Shown: positions 47,035-55,695 of the stretch, piece by piece
Position numbering within the stretch: the stretch's first letter is position 1
How the letters are laid out: each line of letters starts with the position of its first letter
DNA from: Elusimicrobia bacterium GWA2_61_42
GTDB taxonomy: Bacteria > Elusimicrobiota > Elusimicrobia > Elusimicrobiales > UBA9959
Direction: 5' to 3'
Assembly: GCA_001799615.1 (NCBI GenBank)
Contig: MGTU01000027.1
Coordinates: 27,451-91,450 of the forward strand
DNA: 64,000 nt
Position numbers and translations under genes: made by a program
The notes under the pieces: model-generated
Told to the model about the DNA's origin: nothing
Databases searched by the model: none
What the model saw: the letters and a program-made list of their open reading frames with translations, nothing else

Positions 47035-47942
47035 AGAAGCACTCCCATAAGAAGCATTGTAAAGCCGGCGTAGACCACCCAGACCCCGCGGTCCCTGGTA
47101 ACGGTCAGCAGGCTGTACCCGGCGTCGGCGGGATCGTAGCTGGTCTGGTACAGGGTATAGCCGCCGGCCTTGAGCGGCTTGTTCACCGCGATCTCGGCGC
47201 AAACCTTTGGGCCCTCGCCGGGGATGAGCGTGACCTTGCTGATGAAGTTCTTGATCTCCGCCTGCTCCAGGGAGTAAAAAATATGGAAGGGCAGCTGGCC
47301 GCGGTGCATGCCGGGGAAATTGCTGAAGAACCAGAGGCGCTGCTTTTTTCCGCCGGCGGTGATCTCCAGCTGCGCGGCGGGGTTGTGCCAGTAGGGGGAT
47401 TTCTCCGTTACTTTATTGCCGGCGGCCAGGCCGAAGTCCCGGACCAGCCGCAGAACTTTGATCTCGGCGCGCGCGGAGGGGACCTTGATCACGGCGCCCT
47501 CTTCGGCGTCGAATTCCCGGCGCCCGGCTTCGTCCAGGACCGCGAGCCTGCCCAGCGGCTCGGCGTAATACTCCAGCCGGAAGTCCTCCAGTTGGACGGA
47601 GAAAGGCAGCTTGTAGGAGGCGCCGCCGGAGTAGGCCAGGTCGGATAAAGTTCCGGCGCGCAGCGGCAGCTCCGCCTCGAAGCGGAAAAAGCGGGTGACG
47701 AAAGCGCCGGCTATTATCACTACCAGCCCGGCGTGCAGCAGCAGGAAATGGGCGGAAGCGGTCCTGGCCCGGCGCAGGGAGCAGGCCGCGATGTTAGCCG
47801 CCGCCAGAACGCCCAGCGCCGCGAACCAGGGGGCGCCGTAGACGGGCGCGCCGCGGTTGAAAAGCGTCTGGTAGACGAAAGCTCCCGCCAGCGCCAGGCA
47901 GACGGCGAAGAACAGGCGCAGGGAGGCGAGGAACTTTAACAT
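47019..47942 (-). CDS. ccsB: cytochrome c biogenesis protein CcsB/ResB-like (short form)
   Basis: 307 aa. N-terminal TM helices, a soluble loop and a C-terminal TM helix. 16-nt overlap with ccsA. Position and topology fit ResB. Confidence 0.7.
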   Translation of the reverse strand: MLKFLASLRLFFAVCLALAGAFVYQTLFNRGAPVYGAPWFAALGVLAAANIAACSLRRARTASAHFLLLHAGLVVIIAGAFVTRFFRFEAELPLRAGTLSDLAYSGGASYKLPFSVQLEDFRLEYYAEPLGRLAVLDEAGRREFDAEEGAVIKVPSARAEIKVLRLVRDFGLAAGNKVTEKSPYWHNPAAQLEITAGGKKQRLWFFSNFPGMHRGQLPFHIFYSLEQAEIKNFISKVTLIPGEGPKVCAEIAVNKPLKAGGYTLYQTSYDPADAGYSLLTVTRDRGVWVVYAGFTMLLMGVLLWLRK

Positions 47943-47948
47943 AGGAAG

Positions 47949-48854
47949 CTAGCCGAGGATATTCTTAAGAAAACCTTTGGCTTTCTTTATGCGGGCGACC
48001 GCGGCCTCTTTCGAAACGCGGAGACGCGCCATAACGATGGCGGTCTTCACGTCGTTGCCGGTGAGGTCCAGCAGGCGGCGCGCTTCTTCCTGGCTGACGC
48101 CGCCCACGGTGGCGGTGATGCGTTCGGCGCGGAGCACGAGTTTTTTAGAAGTGGTCTTCACGTCCACCATCCAGTTGCGGTAGACCTTGCCGGAGATGAT
48201 CATGGAGGCGGTGGAAAGCATGTTGAGGGCGAGCTTTGTGGCGGTGCCGGATTTCATGCGGGTCGAGCCTGAAACCGGTTCCGGGCCGACGTCGAGGGTT
48301 ATGCGGATGTCCGCTTCGCGGGTTTTTTCCCGCGGGTTGCACGTTACCAGCACCGTGGCGGCGCCCGCCGCGCGGCCGGCCGCCAGGCCGCCCTGCACGT
48401 AGGGCGTGATGCCGCTGGCGGCTATGCCGACTACCGCGTCGCCGCGCCGGGCCAGGCGGGAGATCTCCTTCCTGCCGTTCTCAAAAACGTCCTCGGCGCC
48501 CTCTTTGGAATGAAAAACCGCCGACTGCCCGCCGGCCATCAGCGCGGTGAAAACGTTTGTCGCCACGCCGTAGGTGGGGGGGATCTCCGCGGCTTCCAGC
48601 ACGCCCAGGCGGCCGCTGGTGCCGGCCCCGATGAAATAGATCTTGCGGCCGGCCAGGTAAGTTCTTGAGACCGCGCGCGCGGCCTTCTCTATCTGCGGGA
48701 TGGCCTTGGCCACGGCTTTGGGGACCAGCATGTCCTCGTAATTAAGTTTTTGCAGCACGCGCCTCAGCGGCACCCGGTCGAGGTCCCTGGTGCGGGGGTT
48801 GTTCTGCTCCGTGGGAAGTTTCGAGTACCTTTTAAAAATGTCCTGGCTTTTCAT
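47949..48854 (-). CDS. murQ: N-acetylmuramic acid 6-phosphate etherase MurQ
   Basis: EQNNPRTRDLD, SIS domain IYFIGAGTSGRLGVLEAAEIPPTYGV, GIAASG. Confidence 0.92.
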   Translation of the reverse strand: MKSQDIFKRYSKLPTEQNNPRTRDLDRVPLRRVLQKLNYEDMLVPKAVAKAIPQIEKAARAVSRTYLAGRKIYFIGAGTSGRLGVLEAAEIPPTYGVATNVFTALMAGGQSAVFHSKEGAEDVFENGRKEISRLARRGDAVVGIAASGITPYVQGGLAAGRAAGAATVLVTCNPREKTREADIRITLDVGPEPVSGSTRMKSGTATKLALNMLSTASMIISGKVYRNWMVDVKTTSKKLVLRAERITATVGGVSQEEARRLLDLTGNDVKTAIVMARLRVSKEAAVARIKKAKGFLKNILG

Positions 48855-48856
48855 CG

Positions 48857-49729
48857 TTAGTCCTGTAAATATTCCGGCATCTCCGCGCTGTTCTCCGGCC
48901 CGGCCTCGGCCTGGTCCGTGGCTCCCGGCTCCAGCCCCGCGGCGGGCCGGGTGGAGAGTTCCACGATCTCCGGCAGGCGGGGGTTCTTGATCCAGTCCAG
49001 CACGCGCCGCACGTTGTACTTGTTCACCAGCCCCGGGCCGTAGCCTTTCGCTTCCACTATCACCGTAACGTTGCTCTTGCCGCAGGCTATCTGCGCGGTA
49101 TGGTTGAGGATCTGGAATTCGGCGTGCTGGCGGGCCCTGTCCGCTCCGGCCACCAGCAGCAGCGGCCTGCGGCCGTAGGCGCGCAGCGGGTTCACGGACA
49201 GCACCGAATTTACGTTGAGCGCGGGGGAGATCGCTATTACCATGGAGATCTCCGGGCGGATCGCCGCGGTCTTTATGGCGAGGTTGGCGCCGAGCACCGA
49301 CCCCGCCAGCACTATCTGGTCGCCCGTCACCGCCCGGGTGGAAAGGTAAGCGACGGCGGCTTCCACGTCGCGCAGCATTTTGTTGTACTCGTTGTCCTGC
49401 CCCTCAACGCTGAACGTGCGCCAGGTGGTCGTCGTTCCCGCCGGGGTCACGAAACTGTTGCCGTGCCCGCGCAGGTCGAAGGCCAGGTAGCCGAAGCCGT
49501 AGCGTTTCAGTGGTTTCAGAAGCGGTTCCCATTCCGTCAGGTCGCTTTTCTGGGTGTGGATAAGCACCAGCGTGGGGGCCCCGGCCGCGGCTTTCAGGTA
49601 GCGCCCGCCCAGATTCCAGCCGTCCTCGGCGGTCAGGGTGACGCGCTCCTCCTCGCGCTCCGTCTGCGCCGCGGCGGCGCAGGGCCGGAGCAGCAGTATC
49701 GCCAGGCAGAGTACGTGGGCGGTTTTCAT
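48857..49729 (-). CDS. secreted alpha/beta hydrolase
   Basis: Signal peptide MKTAHVLCLAILLLRPCAAAAQ. HG-type oxyanion region FDLRGHGNS. Nucleophile elbow AGSVLGA. Confidence 0.7.
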   Translation of the reverse strand: MKTAHVLCLAILLLRPCAAAAQTEREEERVTLTAEDGWNLGGRYLKAAAGAPTLVLIHTQKSDLTEWEPLLKPLKRYGFGYLAFDLRGHGNSFVTPAGTTTTWRTFSVEGQDNEYNKMLRDVEAAVAYLSTRAVTGDQIVLAGSVLGANLAIKTAAIRPEISMVIAISPALNVNSVLSVNPLRAYGRRPLLLVAGADRARQHAEFQILNHTAQIACGKSNVTVIVEAKGYGPGLVNKYNVRRVLDWIKNPRLPEIVELSTRPAAGLEPGATDQAEAGPENSAEMPEYLQD

Positions 49730-49736
49730 GTGCGGC

Positions 49737-50213
49737 TCAGTCTATTATTTCCCCGGGCTTGAACCAGATGTTTATTTCGCGCGCCGCCTCTTCGAGGTTG
49801 CCCGAGGCATGGACGACGTTCTCGAAATAGCCGTGCTTGCGGCAGATGCGGCCGAAAGCGCCGCGGATCGTGTCGGGAGAGGCGTCTTCGGGGTTGGTCA
49901 CGCCGACGGCGGTGCGGATGCCCTGTACGGCGTTCTCGCCCTGGTAGACGAGGGCCAGCACGCGGTGTTTCGGGTCGCCGTGGTATTCGCCCTTGATGAA
50001 ATTGATCAGGTGCTCGAAGAGCTTCTTGTCCACGAACGGCCCTTTGCCTTCGAGCAGCGCGTAGTGTTCCCGCGCCAGCTTGTCGGTGACGGTGGCGATC
50101 TTGGCGCCGACCAGCTCCAGGTGGGTGTTTTCCAGCCTGTCGATGGACAGCCCGGCCAGGTGCCGCTGCATGCCGTCGGGTTTAATGAGTACCAGCGTTC
50201 TTTCAATAGCCAT
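49737..50213 (-). CDS. ndk: nucleoside diphosphate kinase
   Basis: ERTLVLIKPDG, TIRGAFG, active-site His context NVVHASG. Confidence 0.88.
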   Translation of the reverse strand: MAIERTLVLIKPDGMQRHLAGLSIDRLENTHLELVGAKIATVTDKLAREHYALLEGKGPFVDKKLFEHLINFIKGEYHGDPKHRVLALVYQGENAVQGIRTAVGVTNPEDASPDTIRGAFGRICRKHGYFENVVHASGNLEEAAREINIWFKPGEIID

Positions 50214-50386
50214 AGATCACCTCAAGCAGAAGATAAATTTATTCTACATTTTTGAGGCTCGCACTGAAAGCGCCGCCCGGGCTTAACCGGCGTCAATGCC
50301 GGCTGGCCGGAATTTATGCTATATTCAGGACTTACGGGTTAGACGCAAGTCAGGCATCATGTCACGGACAGGGACCAGGGGGAGAC

Positions 50387-51091
50387 ATGGCCGCCAATGT
50401 GGAAATGGAAGATAATTTTAAAAAACTGATCGAGAGCGGCGAGGCTTTCAGGCAGGATTTCCTGAACGGCTACCGCTACCGCTGGTACCGGTATTCGGCG
50501 CTGAACGCGGATTATTCCCGCTGGAAAAAGGAATGCCTCCAGCTGGTTAAGCGCGCCTGGGGCCCGCAAAGCCGCTATTATACGGAACTGGCCGCCGTGG
50601 AAAGCGATTACGCCTCCCGCGCCCCGGGCTCGGTGTTCTCTTTTTTTCTCAACACCCTGAAAACGGCGTACGGCGATCTGCAGAGCGTCCCCGCCCCGGC
50701 GGCTTCGCGCGCCACCCGGGCCGCCGGCCTGACGGAGGATTTCCTGGTGCGGGCCGAGGGCATGGTGGGCAAGGGGCATTATATCTCGGCCGCCACGCTG
50801 GCCGGCGCCGTGCTGGAGGACGTGCTGCGCAGGCTGGCCGAGGTGCGCGGGGTTTTCTGCCCGGAGAACGCCACGCTGGAAAACGTGAACGACAAGCTCC
50901 TCGAGGCCGGGGTGTACGACGCGGCCTGGCATAAAGAGACGGCGCTGCGCATAAGCCTGCGCAGGACCGCGGAGCTCTGCTATACGGAGAAACTCAACGC
51001 GGCCAACGTCTCCTCCATGATCTCGTGGCTGAGGGGCTTTATCCGCGGGCATTTCTCGGTTTCCGGGGCGGCCGCGGCCGGCCGGTATTGA
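50387..51091 (+). CDS. hypothetical protein
   Basis: Start moved to ATG 50387 (GGGGGAGA just upstream). About 234 aa, helical. No confident family assignment. Confidence 0.5.
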   Translation: MAANVEMEDNFKKLIESGEAFRQDFLNGYRYRWYRYSALNADYSRWKKECLQLVKRAWGPQSRYYTELAAVESDYASRAPGSVFSFFLNTLKTAYGDLQSVPAPAASRATRAAGLTEDFLVRAEGMVGKGHYISAATLAGAVLEDVLRRLAEVRGVFCPENATLENVNDKLLEAGVYDAAWHKETALRISLRRTAELCYTEKLNAANVSSMISWLRGFIRGHFSVSGAAAAGRY

Positions 51092-51210
51092 CCCGTTCTT
51101 TTTACTTCTTGTTTTCTTTGCGCCTTTCTTGTTAAAATAAATATGATTCTATGAAGGGAAAGCGGCCTCGGGCCGCCTTCCCCCTGCGATGGCTCGATTA
51201 CGGGAGACTT

Positions 51211-51594
51211 ATGTCCAAAGTAATGGTGATTGACGACGAAAAAGACGTGGTGTACCTGATAAAGGTGCTCATGGAGCGGGAGAAACTGGAAGTCCTGGAG
51301 GCTTATAACGGCCTGGAGGCTTATAATAAGCTGACTTCCAAAGAGCCCGGCAAGATCATACCGGACGCCATAATACTGGACATAATGATGCCGGAGATGG
51401 ACGGCTACACTTTTCAGTCCAAGCTCCAGGAGATAGAGGAGCTGTGCCATATCCCCATCGTGATATTGACCGCCAAAGGGCAGATGAAAGACCTGTTCGA
51501 GCTTTCCTCCAATATCTTCGCCTTCGTGGAAAAACCTTTCGAGCCCAAGAACCTGGTTAAAATAGTAAAGGACGCGATAGCCTCAAAAAAATGA
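51211..51594 (+). CDS. single-domain response regulator (receiver only)
   Basis: Start at ATG 51211 (GGGAGA RBS). KVMVIDDE, IILDIMMPEMDG, IVILTAKG, EKP. Confidence 0.82.
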   Translation: MSKVMVIDDEKDVVYLIKVLMEREKLEVLEAYNGLEAYNKLTSKEPGKIIPDAIILDIMMPEMDGYTFQSKLQEIEELCHIPIVILTAKGQMKDLFELSSNIFAFVEKPFEPKNLVKIVKDAIASKK

Positions 51595-53087
51595 CTACTA
51601 CTCCCAATTCCGGCATCAATGAAATAGTCGCCAACAACTACGGCAAGATCAAAGCGATAAGGGAAAAGGGCATCGATCCCTTTCCTCACCGCTTCAAGCT
51701 GACCCACAAGATAGGCGAAGCCGTCAAGCTGCCCGCCGATACCCCCGTGATCATCGCCGGGCGCATGATGCTGATGCGCGTAATGGGCAAGGCCACCTTC
51801 GCCCATCTCAAGGACGGCACCGGCAGGATCCAGATCTACGTGAAGAAGGACGCCGTGGGCGAAGAGGCCTACGACCTGTTCAAGAAGCAGATGGCTGTGG
51901 GCGACTTCCTGGGTGTGGAGGGAAAACTCTTCCTCACGCATACCGGGGAGCTCACCGTCAACGCCGAGAAACTCACCGTGCTGTCCAAGGCCGTGCGCCC
52001 GCTGCCCGAGAAGTTCCACGGGCTGACCGACGCCGAAGCCCGCTACCGCGAGCGCTACCTGGACCTGATCTCCAACGAGGACTCCCGCGCCATCTTCGTG
52101 CGCCGCGCCCAGATCGTGGCCGCGATCCGCGACGTGCTGAACGGCCGGGGCTGCCTCGAGGTGGAGACCCCGGTGCTCTGCGCGCAGGCCGGCGGCGCCA
52201 ACGCCCGCCCTTTCATCACCTTTCATAACGCCTACCGGTACGAGCTGTACATGCGCATCGCCACCGAGCTGCCGCTGAAGAAGCTGCTGATCGGCGGCTT
52301 CGACGGCGCCTACGAGATCGGCCGCGTGTTCCGCAACGAGGGCGTGGACACCCGCCACAACCCGGAGTTCACCACCCTCGAGGCCTATATCGCCTACTCC
52401 GACTACAACGGCATGGCCGAATTCGTCGAGAGCGTCTTCGAGCGCTGCATCAAGATCCTGGGCTCCGAGACCATCGAGTACAACGGCAACACCATCAACC
52501 TCAAGCCGCCCTTCAAGCGCCTCAGCCTTCCCGACTCCTGGAAGGAGAAGACCGGCGAAGACATCCATGAGGTGCTCAAAGGCAAGGGCTTCAACCGGGA
52601 GAACCTGCAGAAACTGGCCAAGAAGATGCACGTGGAATGCGCTCCCGACACCACTTCCGCCAAGATCTTCGACCGCATCATGGACGAGAAGATCCTGGGC
52701 GCGCTGGTGCAGCCGACCTTCGTGATGGACTACCCCACGGCTATCACCCCGCTGGCCAAGTGCAAGACCGGCGACGAGAGCCTGGTGGAGCGCTTCGAGT
52801 TCTTCGCCGGCACCGAGGAGATAGCCAACGCCTACTCAGAGCTGAACGACCCGGAAGACCAGAAGAGCCGCCTGGTCGAGCAGCTGCGCCAGCAGCAGGA
52901 AGAGAACAACGGCGAAGCCGACATCCTCGACAAGGATTTCATCGAAGCCATGGAATACGGCATGCCCCCGATGGGCGGCATAGGCATCGGCATCGACCGC
53001 CTGTGCATGCTGATGAACGGCAAGCCCTCCATCCGGGAAGTCATCTTATTCCCGCTGCTGCGCCCCGATACCGATACGCCGAAGTAA
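51591..53087 (+). CDS. lysS: lysine--tRNA ligase, class II
   Basis: 498 aa. OB-fold anticodon-binding N-domain. Class II motifs FRNEGVDTRHNPEFTTLE and GGIGIGIDRLCMLM. Confidence 0.95.
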   Translation: MTTTPNSGINEIVANNYGKIKAIREKGIDPFPHRFKLTHKIGEAVKLPADTPVIIAGRMMLMRVMGKATFAHLKDGTGRIQIYVKKDAVGEEAYDLFKKQMAVGDFLGVEGKLFLTHTGELTVNAEKLTVLSKAVRPLPEKFHGLTDAEARYRERYLDLISNEDSRAIFVRRAQIVAAIRDVLNGRGCLEVETPVLCAQAGGANARPFITFHNAYRYELYMRIATELPLKKLLIGGFDGAYEIGRVFRNEGVDTRHNPEFTTLEAYIAYSDYNGMAEFVESVFERCIKILGSETIEYNGNTINLKPPFKRLSLPDSWKEKTGEDIHEVLKGKGFNRENLQKLAKKMHVECAPDTTSAKIFDRIMDEKILGALVQPTFVMDYPTAITPLAKCKTGDESLVERFEFFAGTEEIANAYSELNDPEDQKSRLVEQLRQQQEENNGEADILDKDFIEAMEYGMPPMGGIGIGIDRLCMLMNGKPSIREVILFPLLRPDTDTPK

Positions 53088-53120
53088 CGCGGCTTTCTCT
53101 CGATCACCAAAGAGGCTACT

Positions 53121-53274
53121 CCAGGCGCAGCGGGGACCGGGTTAGCAAAACCGGGTTGCGTGGAGCGTAGCTCCACTTTCTTGCCCGCCGCTTGCATAAG
53201 CGCGGCGGGCGAATACCGAGTGAGGCCACGGTGTGGCCGAACGCGTTTTGCGTTCCGGTCCCCGCTGCGCCTGG
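53121..53274 (+). repeat. structured intergenic element, copy B (candidate ncRNA or palindromic repeat family)
   Basis: Perfect 20-bp closing helix 53121-53140 / 53255-53274. Same conserved blocks and inner hairpins as 14733-14865, plus an extra GTGGAGC-GTA-GCTCCAC hairpin. Confidence 0.78.
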
Positions 53275-53283
53275 TTTACACAT

Positions 53284-54510
53284 ATGTCCACAGAATTCTT
53301 TATAGCGCGGCGTTACCTGCTTGCCAAACGCAAGGGCCTCTTCGCCATGATCACCACGTTCATCGGCGTGGCCGGCGTGGCGCTGGGCGTGGCCGCGCTG
53401 ATCGTGACGCTGGCCATCATGGACGGCTTCCAGTCCGACATCAAGAAAAAGATCATAGACGCGCAGGCCCACATCACCATATACGGCCGCATGCAGCCGC
53501 GCGACCTGGAAGTGGTCGCCGCCGAGCTCGGCCGCGACGGGCGCGTGGCGGCCCAGTCGCCCTTCGTGCTGGGCCAGGCCATCCTCACTTTCGACACCCG
53601 CTCCAGCGGCGTAGTGGTCAAAGGCCTGGACCCCGCCGGGGAGTTCAGCGTGAACAACCTTAAAAATTCGCTGGTGCGCGGTTCCTGGGAGGCCCTGGCC
53701 AAACCCGCTCCGGGCGCGCCGCAGGCGCTGATCCTCGGAGAAGAGCTCGCGAAGAACCTCGGGCTGTGGGTGGGGGACGAAGCCGTGCTGGTCTCTCCCC
53801 AGGGCACGGCTACCGGGATGGGACTGCTGCCCAGGATGAAAAAATTCAGGATAGCCGGCCTCGTGCGCACCGGCTATTACGAGTTCGACAACACCATGGC
53901 CTACTGCTCGATAGGAGCGGCCGGGGATTTCTTCGGGCTGGGCGGCGGCGCCAACGGCGTCGGCATCCGGCTCAAGAACCTCAAAGAGGCCGCCCCCGCC
54001 GCGGCCGGGCTGCGCAAGGCGCTGGGTTTCGCCTACACGGTAAAGACCTACGCCGACATGAACCAGACGCTGTTCGCCGCGCTGAAACTGGAAAAATTCG
54101 TGATGTCCCTGGTGCTGGCTCTGATCATCCTGGTCGCCACTTTCAATATCGCCTCCAACCTGCTGATGATGAGCGTGGAGAAACTGCGCGACATCGGCAT
54201 CCTGCGGGCCATGGGGGCGGGCCCGGGCTTCATCCGCCGGGTCTTTTTCTGGGAGGGCAACCTGATAGCCGTCACCGGCATAACGCTGGGCGTGCTGCTG
54301 GGCGTGGGCCTGTCCGTCTTCATCTCCGTCTACCCCGTCGTAGAACTGCCTTCGGACATCTACTATATCACCAAGGTGCCGGTCGAACTTAAACTGCGGG
54401 ACATCCTGGCCACCGCCGGGGTGAGCTACCTGCTCTGCATGCTGAGCGCGGTTTACCCCGCGCTGAGGGCCTCCAGGATCAGCCCCGTGGACGCGATACG
54501 CTATGGATAA
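53284..54510 (+). CDS. lolC: lipoprotein-releasing system permease, LolC/LolE family
   Basis: Start moved to ATG 53284 (MSTEFFIARRYLLAKRK, the typical family N-terminus). MacB-like periplasmic domain and FtsX C-terminal TM bundle. The track start 53233 lies inside the structured repeat. Confidence 0.88.
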   Translation: MSTEFFIARRYLLAKRKGLFAMITTFIGVAGVALGVAALIVTLAIMDGFQSDIKKKIIDAQAHITIYGRMQPRDLEVVAAELGRDGRVAAQSPFVLGQAILTFDTRSSGVVVKGLDPAGEFSVNNLKNSLVRGSWEALAKPAPGAPQALILGEELAKNLGLWVGDEAVLVSPQGTATGMGLLPRMKKFRIAGLVRTGYYEFDNTMAYCSIGAAGDFFGLGGGANGVGIRLKNLKEAAPAAAGLRKALGFAYTVKTYADMNQTLFAALKLEKFVMSLVLALIILVATFNIASNLLMMSVEKLRDIGILRAMGAGPGFIRRVFFWEGNLIAVTGITLGVLLGVGLSVFISVYPVVELPSDIYYITKVPVELKLRDILATAGVSYLLCMLSAVYPALRASRISPVDAIRYG

Positions 54511-55180
54511 GACGGAGAAGATCGTTGAAATAACGAACCTGAGCAAGGCCTACACCCAGGGCCATGAACAGATCCTCGTGCTCGAGGAACTGGATTTTTC
54601 CATCTCCAAAGGCGAGTTCATCTCCATCGTCGGGCCGTCGGGTTCGGGTAAATCCACTTTTCTCAATATCGTAGGCCTGCTCGACGACGTGTACAGCGGC
54701 GAGATCCGCCTCTTCGGCAGGCGCCTCGAAGACCTGGGCGAGGCCGAGAAGGCCGTGCTGCGCCTGAAGAACATCGGCTTCGTGTTCCAGTTCGACTCGC
54801 TGCTGCCGGAGTTCACGGTACTGGAGAACATCGAGATGCCGGCCCGCGTGCTGGGCGGCGCCGCGCCGGGGCGCGGCCTGGAACTCCTGAAGCATTTCGA
54901 CCTGGAAGTCATCGCCCACAAGTTCCCCATGGAGATCTCCGGCGGGGAAAAGCAGCGCGCGGCCATGCTGAGGGCGCTGCGCAACGGTCCCGCCCTGCTG
55001 ATAGCCGACGAACCCACGGGCAACCTCGACCGCCACAATTCCGGGGTCATCCTGGACGACCTGCGGCGCGCCGCGGACCTCGGCACCGCGGTGCTGATGG
55101 TCACCCACAACGAGGAAGCCGCCCGCCGCGCCGACCGGTCGCTGCGGATGGCCGGCGGAAGGCTGGAAACGCCCAAATGA
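54503..55180 (+). CDS. lolD: lipoprotein-releasing system ATP-binding protein LolD
   Basis: Walker A GPSGSGKST, ISGGEKQR, LLIADEPTGNLD. 8-nt overlap with lolC. Confidence 0.88.
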   Translation: MDKTEKIVEITNLSKAYTQGHEQILVLEELDFSISKGEFISIVGPSGSGKSTFLNIVGLLDDVYSGEIRLFGRRLEDLGEAEKAVLRLKNIGFVFQFDSLLPEFTVLENIEMPARVLGGAAPGRGLELLKHFDLEVIAHKFPMEISGGEKQRAAMLRALRNGPALLIADEPTGNLDRHNSGVILDDLRRAADLGTAVLMVTHNEEAARRADRSLRMAGGRLETPK

Positions 55181-55695
55181 AGCTTTGCGAAGAGTGCCAC
55201 AAGGCCGCGGCCGCGGTTTTTCTCAAGCTGGCCGTCAACAACAAGGTGACCGAAACCCACCTCTGCCCGGCCTGCGCCGCCAAGAAAGGCATCGGGCTCG
55301 GCCTCGAGACCGGCGCGTTCAACATCTCCGATATAGTCGGCAACATGAGCGGCTATTTCAAGGATTTCCTGCCGCCGGAGCGCAAAACCCTGCGCTGCAA
55401 GGACTGCGGCCTCAAATATTCCGAATTCAAGGAAACCGGCCGCCTGGGCTGCCCCGAGTGCTACGTCATTTTCGAACCGCAGCTGACCGAGCTGATGGCC
55501 CGCATCCACGGCGCCGCGCAGCACGCGGGGCGCGCTTACGCCGGGGGAGCCGCCCTCAAGCTGTCCAGGGCTGAAACCTCCCGCCGCCTGGAAGAACTGC
55601 GCGCGGCCCTCAAAGTGGCCGTGGCCAGGGAGGATTTCGAGGGCGCGGCGCGGCTGCGCGACGCGATGAAGGCGCTGGAGGGGCGGCATGGCTGA
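55177..55695 (+). CDS. mcsA: McsA-like protein (zinc-finger plus UVR domain, activator of protein arginine kinase)
   Basis: CEEC...CPAC and CKDC...CPEC zinc-finger pairs. C-terminal UVR motif LEELRAALKVAVAREDFEGAARLRDAMKALE. Directly precedes mcsB. Confidence 0.8.
   Translation: MKLCEECHKAAAAVFLKLAVNNKVTETHLCPACAAKKGIGLGLETGAFNISDIVGNMSGYFKDFLPPERKTLRCKDCGLKYSEFKETGRLGCPECYVIFEPQLTELMARIHGAAQHAGRAYAGGAALKLSRAETSRRLEELRAALKVAVAREDFEGAARLRDAMKALEGRHG

Noticed and set aside
53116-54546. 476-aa minus-strand ORF opposite lolC
   Set aside because: It is a shadow ORF. Its 3' end also runs through the structured repeat, which is better explained as non-coding.
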